Shown here: one piece after another, positions 1 to 11,509 of the stretch
Layout: each line of letters starts with the position of its first letter
Position numbering within the stretch: the stretch's first letter is position 1
Assembly (NCBI GenBank): GCA_027317865.1
Contig: DAHVQG010000005.1
Coordinates: 32,001 to 96,000 of the forward strand
Reading direction: 5' to 3'
DNA: 64,000 bases
Source: Bdellovibrionales bacterium
Lineage (GTDB): Bacteria; Bdellovibrionota; Bdellovibrionia; Bdellovibrionales; UBA1609
Made by a program: the position numbers and the translations under genes
Notes under the pieces: generated by a model
The model's database searches: none
What the model saw: the letters and a program-made list of their open reading frames with translations, nothing else
Told to the model about the DNA's origin: nothing

Positions 1-294
1 GCCCGTGTCTGGGCTCACGACATCACAGATAAGTGAAAGGGTCGGCACTTCCATAAAAGGATCGATTTTAGCCGTTTTTGGATCCGGCACGACATACATG
101 TCCGAGTCATTGATACTCTTCCAACCGCGAATCGAACTGCCATCAAATCCTAGGCCGCTCTCAAAAACTTCTTCGTTTAATTCATATAGTGGGATTGTAA
201 AATGTTGCCAGGTGCCCGGTAGGTCGACAAATTTTAAGTCGACCATTTTTACTCCGCGATCTTTAGCATATTTTATCACTTCGGTCGGGGTCAT
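1..294 (-). CDS. glnA: Type I glutamine synthetase, N-terminal part (runs off window edge)
   Basis: Not in ORF track. Reverse complement from ATG at 294 reads MTPTEVIKYAKDRGVKMVDLKFVDLPGTWQHFTIP...FDGSSIRGW, the GSI-beta N-terminus. AAGGAGG RBS; directly downstream of a P-II gene. Confidence 0.95.
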   Translation of the reverse strand, partial: MTPTEVIKYAKDRGVKMVDLKFVDLPGTWQHFTIPLYELNEEVFESGLGFDGSSIRGWKSINDSDMYVVPDPKTAKIDPFMEVPTLSLICDVVSPDTG

Positions 295-347
295 GGAGCC
301 TCCTTGTTTTTTAAAAGTTCATTACAAATTCAAAATTTTCTCGGCAC

Positions 348-1452
<1,105 letters not shown>

Positions 1453-1468
1453 GGTTTTTGCGGGTATT

Positions 1469-1984
1469 ATGAGCCACTATTCTCAGACCCTTTTTGATGT
1501 TGTCTTGATTGAGCCAGAGATCCCCAACAATACCGGTAATATCGGACGAACTTGTGTGGGATTATGGTCAAGGCTTCATTTGGTCGGTCCGCTTGGCTTT
1601 TCTATTGATGATAAGCAAGTTCGCCGGGCCGGCCTTGATTACTGGCCAAATTTGGACCTTGTTTATCATCCAACGAGGCAGAGCTGGCTAAAAAGCTTGG
1701 AGCCCGGCCAACGAGTTCACCTCATAGAAACAACCGGCGAGAAGACAATTTTCGATATTGAGTTTCGACCGGGCGATGCGCTTGTATTTGGCAAAGAAAC
1801 GAAGGGCATGCCAAGCGACATTCTCGGCCACTTTGAAGATCATGTGTATCGCATCCCGTTCCCCGGCAAAATTCGTAGTTTTAATTTGGCAAATTGCGTG
1901 GCGATGGTTATGGGAGAAGCGCTACGTCAGCTCATTCAAGCTGGCTACACGACAGGCATAGACAGGTCGCGCCTAAAATTATAA
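1469..1984 (+). CDS. trmL: tRNA (cytidine(34)-2'-O)-methyltransferase, SPOUT family
   Basis: EPEIPNNTGNIGR, RRAGLDYW, FGKETKG, RSFNLAN motifs. Confidence 0.93.
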   Translation: MSHYSQTLFDVVLIEPEIPNNTGNIGRTCVGLWSRLHLVGPLGFSIDDKQVRRAGLDYWPNLDLVYHPTRQSWLKSLEPGQRVHLIETTGEKTIFDIEFRPGDALVFGKETKGMPSDILGHFEDHVYRIPFPGKIRSFNLANCVAMVMGEALRQLIQAGYTTGIDRSRLKL

Positions 1985-1993
1985 AGTCATCTG

Positions 1994-4765
1994 ATGATCA
2001 ATAAGTTATTTAAGAAGGTTGTAGGGACAAGCCATGAGCGCGAAATGCGCCGCTTGCGCCCGACAGTCGAGCACATCGCAACGTTCGAATCGAAGCTACA
2101 GGGGCTAAGCGATGCCGAACTCAAAGCAAAAACCCCTGAATTTAAAGAACGAATTTCGCGGGGTGAAAAACTCGAAGAGTTATTGCCCGAAGCCTTTGCG
2201 GTCGTGCGTGAAGCCTCAAAGCGTACGCTTGGCATGCGCCACTACGACGTGCAAATGATCGGCGGGATTGTTTTGTTTCGCGGCGGTATTGCTGAAATGC
2301 GAACGGGTGAGGGCAAAACTCTGGTTGCCACCCTGCCCCTTTATTTAAACGCTTTAACGGGTAAAGGCGCGCATCTTGTTACCGTTAACGATTATCTTGC
2401 GAAACGCGACTGCGAGTGGATGGGTCAGATTTATCATTATCTCGGCCTTACTACGGGCACAATTGTGCACGAAAAAACAGACGAAGAACGCAAAATAGAA
2501 TACGCGGCCGATATTACGTACGGGACGAATAACGAATTTGGCTTTGATTATTTACGCGACAATATGAAGTTTGACCTTTCCGATTACGTGCAAAGGCCAC
2601 ATCACTTTGCCATTGTTGACGAGTGCGATTCAATTTTGGTCGACGAGGCGAGAACTCCGCTTATTATTTCAGGGCCATCTGAGGAATCGACTGACAAATA
2701 CGAAAAAATCGATCGAATCATCCCTCAGTTGAAACTCGACGAGCATTTTACAATGGAGGAGAAAACCAAAACGGTTTCGCTTACCGAAGAAGGCAACACA
2801 AAATGCGAAGAGCTTCTCGGGGTCGACAATCTTTATGATCCGCAGCACATCGAACTTGTACACCACATTTATCAAGGTTTAAAGGCCCACCACCTTTATC
2901 ATCGCGACGTCGATTACATGGTCGTCAATGGCGAAATCGTGATCGTTGACGAGTTTACGGGGCGTCTCATGCCCGGCCGGCGTTGGAGCGATGGCATGCA
3001 CCAAGCGATCGAAGCCAAAGAACACGTGCCGATTCGAAGTGAAAACCAAACCCTCGCGACGATTACGTTTCAAAACTATTTTAGGATGTATGAAAGATTG
3101 TCGGGTATGACGGGCACCGCTGAGACCGAAGCGGTCGAATTCAAGAAAATTTATAACCTTGATGTAACAGTAATTCCGACAAATAGGCCCATTAGGCGAT
3201 TTGATCACGAAGACATCGTGTACAAAAATGAAAACGCGAAATATCGGGCTATCGTTCGTGACATTCAGGAACGAAATCAAAAAGGCCAGCCCGTGCTGGT
3301 TGGTACGGTAAGCATTGAGAGATCTGAAAAGCTAAGTCGGTTTTTAAAAAATGATGGGATCACCCATAATGTATTAAACGCGAAACAACACGAGCGCGAA
3401 GCTGAAATTGTCGCGCAAGCGGGTCGAAAAGGCGCGATCACGATTGCCACAAATATGGCCGGCCGCGGGACGGACATCGTGCTTGGTGGTAATGCCGAAT
3501 TTTTGGCGCGTGCGGAATTGCGGCGCGCTTCAGGCGGCAAAGAAGTCGACTCAAACCGCAATGAATTCAAGCAAGTGCTTGAAAAGTACAAAGTCCAATG
3601 TGCGGCAGAAAAAGAAGAAGTGGTGGCGGCCGGCGGGCTCTATATTATCGGAACAGAACGCCATGAGGCGCGCCGTATCGACAATCAATTGCGTGGTCGG
3701 TCGGGACGACAAGGCGACCCAGGGGAGTCGCGATTTTATTTGTCTCTTGAAGACGATCTCATGCGTAAATTTAACGGTGAGCGCATCCAAAAAATTATGA
3801 CGATGTTAAAGGTTCCAGAGGATGAACCAATTACCGCGCGCATGGTGACAAATGCCATAGAAGGAGCGCAACGCAAAGTTGAAGGGCACAACTTTGATAT
3901 TCGTAAGCATCTTCTTGAGTACGACGATGTCATGAATAAACAGCGCACCGCAATTTATGGGCTTCGCCGCGAAATTTTAAACGGAAAGCCAGAAGATCTC
4001 GAGCGCATTATTTTAGATTTTCTTGGTGACACAACGTCGCGTACGCTTGAGCAATTTGCTCCCGAAAAAGGCAAGCCGTCCGATTGGGATCTGTCCGGTC
4101 TTCGAACGGCGTTGCAAAAACAATTTGGCATTGACCTTGAATTTGATCATTCAACGGCAACCGTTGAGAGTCTTACTAACGCTGTTCGCGATGAAGTAAA
4201 GCGCACTTACGACCAGCAGAAGAAGGAAATTGGCGAGCATTGGCCGCAGATGCAAAAAATGATTTTGCTCCAAACGCTCGATATGCGTTGGAAGGATCAC
4301 CTTAAAATCATTGATTACTTGCAAGATGCTGTTCGGCTTCGTTTTACCGCGCAACAGGATCCGCTTGTACAGTACAAGACCGAGGGTTTTGCGGCATTTG
4401 AACGGATGAATGAAGTCATCGCTTCAGAAGTGATTGAAAAACTCATCAAGGTTCGCATTCTATCTCCCGAAGAAGCGGAAGAGGCAAATCGCTTTGAAAT
4501 GGAATGGCGAAGACGACAAGGGCAACAACAGTTCAACTATCAAGGCAGCGAGGCGTCAGAGGGCGCAAGCTTTTTAAACCAAGCTCCGGGCGTAAATGCC
4601 GCAACTCAAAGTGGTTCTGAAAGAAATGGGGCTGGCTACGGTGCATCTCCAGCGGGCATGCCATCTGAGGCCGAGTTTGCGCGCGATGATATGATGAATT
4701 CCGAGCCAAAAATGAACCGCGCTCAGCGTCGCGCAATGGAGCGAAAAAAGCATAAGAGGGCGTAG
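1994..4765 (+). CDS. secA: Preprotein translocase ATPase SecA
   Basis: MRTGEGKT Walker [48 protein letters not shown]. Confidence 0.99.
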   Translation: MINKLFKKVVGTSHEREMRRLRPTVEHIATFESKLQGLSDAELKAKTPEFKERISRGEKLEELLPEAFAVVREASKRTLGMRHYDVQMIGGIVLFRGGIAEMRTGEGKTLVATLPLYLNALTGKGAHLVTVNDYLAKRDCEWMGQIYHYLGLTTGTIVHEKTDEERKIEYAADITYGTNNEFGFDYLRDNMKFDLSDYVQRPHHFAIVDECDSILVDEARTPLIISGPSEESTDKYEKIDRIIPQLKLDEHFTMEEKTKTVSLTEEGNTKCEELLGVDNLYDPQHIELVHHIYQGLKAHHLYHRDVDYMVVNGEIVIVDEFTGRLMPGRRWSDGMHQAIEAKEHVPIRSENQTLATITFQNYFRMYERLSGMTGTAETEAVEFKKIYNLDVTVIPTNRPIRRFDHEDIVYKNENAKYRAIVRDIQERNQKGQPVLVGTVSIERSEKLSRFLKNDGITHNVLNAKQHEREAEIVAQAGRKGAITIATNMAGRGTDIVLGGNAEFLARAELRRASGGKEVDSNRNEFKQVLEKYKVQCAAEKEEVVAAGGLYIIGTERHEARRIDNQLRGRSGRQGDPGESRFYLSLEDDLMRKFNGERIQKIMTMLKVPEDEPITARMVTNAIEGAQRKVEGHNFDIRKHLLEYDDVMNKQRTAIYGLRREILNGKPEDLERIILDFLGDTTSRTLEQFAPEKGKPSDWDLSGLRTALQKQFGIDLEFDHSTATVESLTNAVRDEVKRTYDQQKKEIGEHWPQMQKMILLQTLDMRWKDHLKIIDYLQDAVRLRFTAQQDPLVQYKTEGFAAFERMNEVIASEVIEKLIKVRILSPEEAEEANRFEMEWRRRQGQQQFNYQGSEASEGASFLNQAPGVNAATQSGSERNGAGYGASPAGMPSEAEFARDDMMNSEPKMNRAQRRAMERKKHKRA

Positions 4766-4766
4766 A

Positions 4767-5324
4767 GTGAGCATAAAGTGCCCGTTGTGTCAGGCCGAAA
4801 TTAATTCCGACGCTTTTGGTTTAATTACGTGTCCAAGCTGCGGGGGGCAAATCGTGGTCGGGATGGATGACGAGATTGCCGACGCCGACGCTAGTCACGA
4901 TGAAATTCAGCCACAAATTGAAGGTCAAACCGACGCAAGTGAAGCGGCGAGCGCTCCCGAGCCGATAGATAATGAAACAGTTTCGCCGACTGAGATAAAA
5001 TCAGTTGAGCCCACAAATAATGCCGGCGACCTTGCCGATATTGCTGAATACGGTAACTCCCCCGAATCGCAGGCGCGTGAGGGTCTGTTGAGGTTTAATA
5101 TTTGCCTAACAAATATTGACACTTCGGATGTGCGAAAATCTGTGCGTGAAGTTCTTGAAGATCCTAGATTTTTGTTTGACGTCGAAGCCATTTTGCACTC
5201 GATTCGAGATGGAGTAGTGAAAATTTCAGACGTGACTCCCGTGAAGGCGGCGGTGTTAATTCAAAGGCTTCGCGGTTTGCCGGTCGGAATAACTTGGGAG
5301 CAATATGCGATTCATTCACCCTAA
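4767..5324 (+). CDS. Hypothetical protein with N-terminal zinc ribbon and acidic linker
   Basis: CPLC...CPSC pair, acidic low-complexity linker, compact C-terminal domain; 1 nt after secA stop. Confidence 0.7.
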   Translation: MSIKCPLCQAEINSDAFGLITCPSCGGQIVVGMDDEIADADASHDEIQPQIEGQTDASEAASAPEPIDNETVSPTEIKSVEPTNNAGDLADIAEYGNSPESQAREGLLRFNICLTNIDTSDVRKSVREVLEDPRFLFDVEAILHSIRDGVVKISDVTPVKAAVLIQRLRGLPVGITWEQYAIHSP

Positions 5325-5892
5325 AGCGGAGTTGAACTTTATAAAAATGGCGATTGTCGCCGTTGTCATTGCAGGTGGGATTGCGGTACGCGCGAATGCC
5401 GAAGGTGCGGATCGTGAATGGGCGGTGCGAATCACACGTCTAAACAAACTTCAGGCTCGTATTCAATCTGATAAAAAAACACTGCTTTCGGCAATTGTGG
5501 CAAAGAGGTCCGGCAATCACTACGTCATTTCTAATAGTAAGAAGATCGGTGTTTTAAAAGAAATCGTGAAATCTTATAAAGACATGATGCACTCGATGGA
5601 TCAATACAATCATCAGACAGAAATTCTCAAATATGAGTATCCGGAAGAAGGGGCGGCAATCGACCGGCATTATTTATTAATGCACAAAAAGCCCCTTCAC
5701 GAATATGAGACGCAATCGGGCCTCGAGGGTGAACTCACAGCCCTAAAAAATAATATAGATAAAAAATACGAGCCGATCATGGGCCGCCCCCTTAAGCCTA
5801 CAGTTGAACAAATCAATCGCGCGCACGGCATCTTACCGGCGCAACCTAAAGAAAACAAAAATTCTGCCGGGCGATTGAAGTTAAGCGAATAG
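5305..5892 (+). CDS. Hypothetical exported protein (start may be 5347)
   Basis: Signal-peptide-like AIVAVVIAGGIAVRANA followed by a helical basic body; overlaps the upstream gene. Confidence 0.6.
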   Translation: MRFIHPKAELNFIKMAIVAVVIAGGIAVRANAEGADREWAVRITRLNKLQARIQSDKKTLLSAIVAKRSGNHYVISNSKKIGVLKEIVKSYKDMMHSMDQYNHQTEILKYEYPEEGAAIDRHYLLMHKKPLHEYETQSGLEGELTALKNNIDKKYEPIMGRPLKPTVEQINRAHGILPAQPKENKNSAGRLKLSE

Positions 5893-5927
5893 CGACCGGG
5901 AAAAGCTTTACAAATTAGAAATACTGA

Positions 5928-6272
5928 TTATTGGCCAACGGGCTGAAAGTGCCCCGACGATTTGTTGGGGAGTTTGTTGGGGCGCCCCACATAAGTGACA
6001 CGATTGTGTGCAAAAAACACATCCGTTGTAACAAATTTATGATTGGTACCGTCGTCGGTCTCGTATACCCACCGATCCTGATTAAGACGCCGGTCCGAAA
6101 TCTTTGGGCTACCTGCAATATTTAGAACTTCCGACTTTGACATGCCAACACGAATTTGGCGCAGGGCCTGGCTTTCGGGCAGACTTGAACAACCAAACAG
6201 CGCACTACAACAACAAGCGGCAATAATTATTTTCAGATTGTGTCGAATGATCTTTTCGTGTTTCACAAACAC
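5928..6272 (-). CDS. BamE/SmpA-OmlA family lipoprotein
   Basis: Lipobox LFGC; IRVGMSKSEVLNIAGSP and RWVY typical of SmpA/OmlA. Confidence 0.75.
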   Translation of the reverse strand: MFVKHEKIIRHNLKIIIAACCCSALFGCSSLPESQALRQIRVGMSKSEVLNIAGSPKISDRRLNQDRWVYETDDGTNHKFVTTDVFFAHNRVTYVGRPNKLPNKSSGHFQPVGQ

Positions 6273-6331
6273 AGCTTACGCACAATTTTTTTGGGCGACT
6301 AGTAATCGCAGCCGCCAACGCGTTGCAAAAT

Positions 6332-6350
6332 TTGAGTCATCTTTACTCAA
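6332..6350. promoter_or_regulatory. Palindrome upstream of the oxidase operon, possible operator
   Basis: TTGAGT-N7-ACTCAA in the AT-rich divergent intergenic region. Confidence 0.3.
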
Positions 6351-6443
6351 TTTATGCCAAATTGTTCAACATTAGTGACTTGTTATTGTTTTGCATTTAT
6401 ATGTGAAAACACAAAACAAGATTTTTCAGCCGAAGAGAGTCTT

Positions 6444-6998
6444 ATGTCTAGTGATCAAGATGACTACGACAAAGGCGGCCTGATTGCCTTTGTCTTCGCG
6501 ATGGGTTTTAGCATTTTATTTATCACCTACATTGCATTCTTTCACAAGGGCGTTGACCTGAAAGAAATCCCAACGGGTCACGAAACTGCGACAACCCAAA
6601 TGCCCTTAGCAACGGCCGGTGGCGTGAAAGATGTCGACGTTTCAGGCATTACCAATCCATGGGTTCCTAACCCAAAAATGGTTCAACACGGCCATTTCGT
6701 GTTTGAACAAAACTGTACGATGTGCCATGGCCCACAAGGGTTAGGTAACGGTCCAGCGGCAGCAACACTTAATCCGCATCCGCGCAATCTCGTCAAAGGG
6801 CACTGGCATTCGAAGGGCGATTCGATCGCGTTATTCAAAGTCTTGCAAAAGGGTATCCCCGGCAGTGCGATGCCTTCATGGAAGGCCTTGCCCGTTAAGG
6901 ATCGTTGGGCGCTTGTGCAATTCATTCGGTCAATTACGCACAATAAAGTTCCTGACAATCCTGCCGAACTTGCGGAGTTTGCGAAGACTGCAAATTAA
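6444..6998 (+). CDS. Membrane-anchored monoheme cytochrome c
   Basis: One N-terminal TM helix, CTMCH heme motif, GIPGSAMPSW distal Met. Confidence 0.9.
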   Translation: MSSDQDDYDKGGLIAFVFAMGFSILFITYIAFFHKGVDLKEIPTGHETATTQMPLATAGGVKDVDVSGITNPWVPNPKMVQHGHFVFEQNCTMCHGPQGLGNGPAAATLNPHPRNLVKGHWHSKGDSIALFKVLQKGIPGSAMPSWKALPVKDRWALVQFIRSITHNKVPDNPAELAEFAKTAN

Positions 6999-7018
6999 AA
7001 ATGATTAAAGGCGAAAGA

Positions 7019-7894
7019 ATGCTACGAAAGTTAATGACATCGATTGTGGTTGTTTTTTTAGCCATTCCATCGACGGCCATTGCTGCGGAAGCATATCCCG
7101 GCGAGAACGAATCACAGGTCGCCTCAACTGTCGTGCCCCAACAATTGCAAGGCGTGGGCATCACCCAACATTTGGGTAAAAAAATTGATCTCAATTTGCA
7201 GTTCACCAGCTCGAGCGGGAAGACGCATAAACTTGCCGATTTTTTTAATCATAAACATCCCGTTGTAATGGCGATGGTCTATTACCGCTGCAGAAACCTT
7301 TGTGGATATTTAATGATGGGTCTTGCCCATACATTTAAAAAAATGAAGGTTAAGGCTGGCAAATTCTACAGCGTGATTATCGTAAGCATGGATCCGACTG
7401 AAACACCCAAAATGGCTGCGGCAAAGAAATCTATGATTATGAAAGCGTTGGGCGAGCCAGGCGCGGGCAAGCACTGGCATTTTATGGTGGGCAATAAAGC
7501 CAATGTTCATGCGCTCGCTAATGAATTGGGATTTCATTATAAGTGGGACGCGCAACTCAAAGAATTTGCCCATCCAACATCCACTTATATTTTGACATCT
7601 AAAGGTAAAATTACCCGGTATTTGTTTGGTATTGGTTTTCCGGCTGAAACGATGCGCCTTTCGCTCGTTCAGGCGGGGCGCGGTCAAGTCGGGAGATTCA
7701 CGGACGAGCTTGCGCTTTGTTGTTTTCGGTTCAGCTCCGGCGACAACAAATACATTTTGTGGTCGTTTAATCTTATGCGAATCGCCTGCGTTATCACCGT
7801 AATTATTTTAGCAATAGTGTTACTCCCTGCTTGGATTAAAGGACGAAAACGTGGTCCACCTAACAAAACCTCAAATCCGTCAGCAGGGCCCTAA
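7019..7894 (+). CDS. SCO1/SenC family copper chaperone
   Basis: Signal peptide, CRNLC (CxxxC), FAHP His, C-terminal TM helix; upstream of coxB. Confidence 0.9.
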   Translation: MLRKLMTSIVVVFLAIPSTAIAAEAYPGENESQVASTVVPQQLQGVGITQHLGKKIDLNLQFTSSSGKTHKLADFFNHKHPVVMAMVYYRCRNLCGYLMMGLAHTFKKMKVKAGKFYSVIIVSMDPTETPKMAAAKKSMIMKALGEPGAGKHWHFMVGNKANVHALANELGFHYKWDAQLKEFAHPTSTYILTSKGKITRYLFGIGFPAETMRLSLVQAGRGQVGRFTDELALCCFRFSSGDNKYILWSFNLMRIACVITVIILAIVLLPAWIKGRKRGPPNKTSNPSAGP

Positions 7895-7906
7895 AGGAGA
7901 GACGAA

Positions 7907-8875
7907 ATGGTTTGGCTTCTGAGTTCAATTCTCCAATCTGTTACGGCGCATGCAAGTTTCAGTTTTTTGCCTCCTGATGGGGATACAATTGCGCCGATGT
8001 TTGACCATTTGTATGAGTTTATGGTCATCATCTGCTCCATTGCCTCGATTTTGGTTATTGGCGGAATGATTTATTTTGCCCTCAAGTACCGCCGTCGCCC
8101 GGGTCAAAAGTCGGCCTACATTACGCACAATACAATGCTTGAGTTCTTGTGGAGCTTTATACCGTTTGTGCTCTTTATGGTGGCGTTTGGTTGGGGTTGG
8201 TACGTTTACTTTCATATGCGAACGGTTCCGAAAAAACACTTTGAGGTTAACGTTATAGCTCAACAGTGGTTGTGGTCGTTCGAATACAATAGCGGCAGGA
8301 TCGAAGCTCGAAATTTGTACGTTCCGGTCAATACGCCTATCGAGCTCATCATGACCTCAAAGGACGTCATTCATAGCTTTTTTGTTCCGGCTTTTAGACA
8401 AAAGCAAGACGTCGTGCCTGGAACTTACACGTATACTTGGTTTGATGCGACCCACGTCGGGACATACGATCTTTTTTGTACGCAATTTTGCGGTGTGGGT
8501 CATTCGTCGATGCTTGGCAAAGTTCATGTGCTAACAAAGGTAGCCTTTGACCATTGGCTTGAGGCCAACCCGAATAAAGGACTGACACCGGTCGAAATTG
8601 GCCACAAGATTTATGAGCAACGGTGCTCAGTCTGCCACAACATTACGACGCAACCGAAAATAGGTCCGGGCTGGGCGCATCTTTATGGTTCGATGGTGCA
8701 ATTGCAGGGGCAACCGCCTCATCGCGCCGACGCGAACTATATTCGAACGCACATTTTGACTCCGGCAAGATACACTGTGAAGGGGTTCCCGAAAGGTGTC
8801 ATGCCGTCCTTTCAGGGGCAGCTAACGGAAACACAAATCAACGGAATAATTGCATTCATCAAGAGTCTCAAATAA
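7907..8875 (+). CDS. coxB: Cytochrome c oxidase subunit II with fused cytochrome c (caa3 type)
   Basis: DVIHSF and CTQFCGVGHSSM CuA ligands; C-terminal CSVCH heme c motif. Confidence 0.96.
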   Translation: MVWLLSSILQSVTAHASFSFLPPDGDTIAPMFDHLYEFMVIICSIASILVIGGMIYFALKYRRRPGQKSAYITHNTMLEFLWSFIPFVLFMVAFGWGWYVYFHMRTVPKKHFEVNVIAQQWLWSFEYNSGRIEARNLYVPVNTPIELIMTSKDVIHSFFVPAFRQKQDVVPGTYTYTWFDATHVGTYDLFCTQFCGVGHSSMLGKVHVLTKVAFDHWLEANPNKGLTPVEIGHKIYEQRCSVCHNITTQPKIGPGWAHLYGSMVQLQGQPPHRADANYIRTHILTPARYTVKGFPKGVMPSFQGQLTETQINGIIAFIKSLK

Positions 8876-8884
8876 GGAGCCGTC

Positions 8885-10483
8885 ATGTCGAGCGCAACCG
8901 CAACTGCTGAAAAAAGCGATAATTATTTGACCCATGAAAAAGGACTGTGGTCCTGGTTAACGACGCTTGACCACAAGCGAATCGGCATTTTGTACATGGT
9001 TACAGTCATGATTTTTTTCTTATTTGGCGGAATCATGGCGATGCTTATGCGCACCGAGCTTCTCACGCCGTCGCACACGATTATGGGGCCAGAAACTTAT
9101 AACCGGATTCTCACTTATCACGGCACCGTCATGATTTTCATGGTGATTATCCCAGGAATCCCGGCATTTTTGGGGAATTTCGTATTGCCGCTTCAAATCG
9201 GCGCGAAGGATGTCGCCTTCCCGAGGTTAAACCTTTTAAGCTGGTATTGTTTAATTACCGGTGCCACAATTTCACTGTTGTCGTTATTCGCCCACGGGGT
9301 TGACACGGGCTGGACATTCTATACGCCTTATTCGCTAAGAACTCATACCGGTGTGACATTCATGGTGCTTGGCGCATTTGTTATGGGATTTTCATCAATT
9401 TTAACGGGGCTCAATTTTATCGTTACTGTTCATAAGCTGCGCGCGCCGGGCATGACATTTTTTAAGATGCCGCTGTTCGTTTGGGGCATTTACTCAACGG
9501 CGATCATTCAAGTTCTTGCGACTCCCGTTTTGGCGATTACGCTTTTTTTAATTGCGGCTGAAAGGCTCATCGGCGTCGGGATTTTTGATCCGACCATGGG
9601 CGGCGACCCGATATTGTTTGAGCACTTTTTTTGGTTTTATTCGCATCCAGCCGTATACATTATGATCTTGCCTGCGATGGGAATAATAAGCGAATTAATC
9701 ACGACATTTTCGCATAAAACTATTTTCGGATACAAAGCGATAGCGTTTTCATCAATCGGTATTGCCGCCGTTAGTTTTTTTGTGTGGGGGCACCACTTGT
9801 TTGTGTCCGGCCAATCCGAAGTCGTGGGTCTGATATTTTCATTCTTGACGATGCTAGTTGGCGTACCCACTGCGATTAAAGTTTTTAACTGGATAGCAAC
9901 TTTATATAAGGGCCAGATTCAGTTTAAGCCGCCCATGCTTTTTGCTTTTGGCTTTTTGTTTTTGTTCACGATTGGCGGCGTGACAGGGATTATGCTCGCC
10001 ACAATTGCTCTGGATGTACACCTTCACGATACTTACTTCGTTATCGCGCACTTTCACTACGTGATGGTGGGTGGTACTCTCATGGCCCTTATGGGTGGAA
10101 TTTACTATTGGTTCCCCAAGATATTTGGGCGCATGTATAATGAATTTTGGGCGCGGATTACGTTTGTTTTTATTTTTATTGGTTTTAACGTGACGTTTTT
10201 TCCGCAGTTCATTTTAGGCGCGATGGGCATGCCGCGACGGTATTACGCTTATCTGCCGCCATTTGAGTCGCTCAATCGGATTTCGACCATTGGCGCTTAC
10301 ACCATCGGAACCGGTTTTTTGATTGCACTGGCTGTTATACTTCACGGAATTTTTAAAGGTGAAAAAGCGCCCGATAATCCTTGGGGTGCGAGAACATTAG
10401 AGTGGACGACGCCATCACCGCCGCCTCACGATAATTTTGCAGTTGAACCCATCATCACGGCAGGTCCCTATGAGTACCGCTAA
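8885..10483 (+). CDS. coxA: Cytochrome c oxidase subunit I, A2 subtype
   Basis: DHKRIG, GWTFYTP, WFYSHPAVY (YS motif of A2), WGHH, AHFHY, GMPRRY. Confidence 0.98.
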   Translation: MSSATATAEKSDNYLTHEKGLWSWLTTLDHKRIGILYMVTVMIFFLFGGIMAMLMRTELLTPSHTIMGPETYNRILTYHGTVMIFMVIIPGIPAFLGNFVLPLQIGAKDVAFPRLNLLSWYCLITGATISLLSLFAHGVDTGWTFYTPYSLRTHTGVTFMVLGAFVMGFSSILTGLNFIVTVHKLRAPGMTFFKMPLFVWGIYSTAIIQVLATPVLAITLFLIAAERLIGVGIFDPTMGGDPILFEHFFWFYSHPAVYIMILPAMGIISELITTFSHKTIFGYKAIAFSSIGIAAVSFFVWGHHLFVSGQSEVVGLIFSFLTMLVGVPTAIKVFNWIATLYKGQIQFKPPMLFAFGFLFLFTIGGVTGIMLATIALDVHLHDTYFVIAHFHYVMVGGTLMALMGGIYYWFPKIFGRMYNEFWARITFVFIFIGFNVTFFPQFILGAMGMPRRYYAYLPPFESLNRISTIGAYTIGTGFLIALAVILHGIFKGEKAPDNPWGARTLEWTTPSPPPHDNFAVEPIITAGPYEYR

Positions 10484-11132
10484 TACAGTGGCCCATCCTC
10501 AACATCACTCACCGCTTGCGCATCATTTTAAAGATTTGGGCCAGCAATTTGATGCGGCTAAGATGGGCATTTGGCTCTTCATACTTTCAGAAATTATGAT
10601 GTTTGGCGGGTTGTTTGTGGCCTACATTATTTTTCACGGGCTCTACCCCAAGATGTTTGCCGAAGGGGCTAAATTCTGTGATTGGCGTTTTGGCGCAACC
10701 AACACGGCAGATCTCATTATCAGTTCATTTTCTATGGCCTGCGCCGTCTATTATGCTCAAACGAATCAAACTAAGAAAAGCATAATATGTATGTCGATTA
10801 CCGCCGCTTTGGGAGTCGTTTTTCTCATCATTCACGGCATCGAATATCATGACATTTGGAAGCTCGGCCTTTTGCCGGAGCACTACTTTCGTTACAAAGG
10901 TCCACATGCCAAAAACTTGGCTATGTTTTTCGCGCTCTATTTTATTATGACGGGACTTCACGGTCTTCACGTCACCGTTGGTGTTTGTCTCATCATTTGG
11001 ATGATTATTCGTAGCAAACGTGGCGAGTTTAATAGCGAGTACTACACGCCGGTTGAGTTGACGGGTCTTTATTGGCACTTTGTCGATATTATTTGGATCT
11101 TCTTGTTTCCTCTTTTGTATTTAGTGGGGTAA
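10470..11132 (+). CDS. coxC: Cytochrome c oxidase subunit III
   Basis: WLFILSEIMMFGGLF, TGLHGLHV, LYWHFVDIIWIFLFPLLY. Confidence 0.95.
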   Translation: MSTANTVAHPQHHSPLAHHFKDLGQQFDAAKMGIWLFILSEIMMFGGLFVAYIIFHGLYPKMFAEGAKFCDWRFGATNTADLIISSFSMACAVYYAQTNQTKKSIICMSITAALGVVFLIIHGIEYHDIWKLGLLPEHYFRYKGPHAKNLAMFFALYFIMTGLHGLHVTVGVCLIIWMIIRSKRGEFNSEYYTPVELTGLYWHFVDIIWIFLFPLLYLVG

Positions 11133-11138
11133 AAAATT

Positions 11139-11507
11139 ATGGCAGACAGTAAAGTTGTAACAGCTGGACACGCGGGCGGGCACTCACACGGCAGTCATCA
11201 CATAACGCCCATCTCAACTTACTTTAAAACAATGATCGCGCTTTTGTGCTTAACGATCTTGACGACGCTGGTGGCAAGACCGGTAACCGGTTTCAACATT
11301 GGCATCTTCAATACATTTCTTAATTTTTTAATTGCCGCAATAAAGGGCTCGCTCGTACTCGCCTTTTTTATGGGACTTAAATATGACAAAAAAATACACC
11401 TCGTGATATTTTCAATGGGATTATTTTTTCTACTAATATTTCTGTCATTTTGCCTACTCGACATTTACACCCGAGTGCATGTAATAAGTCCCCTTGTTGG
11501 CGCTTAA
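11139..11507 (+). CDS. Cytochrome c oxidase subunit IV family protein
   Basis: Three TM helices, IAAIKGSLVLAFFMGLKY; position in operon. Confidence 0.88.
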   Translation: MADSKVVTAGHAGGHSHGSHHITPISTYFKTMIALLCLTILTTLVARPVTGFNIGIFNTFLNFLIAAIKGSLVLAFFMGLKYDKKIHLVIFSMGLFFLLIFLSFCLLDIYTRVHVISPLVGA

Positions 11508-11509
11508 CT

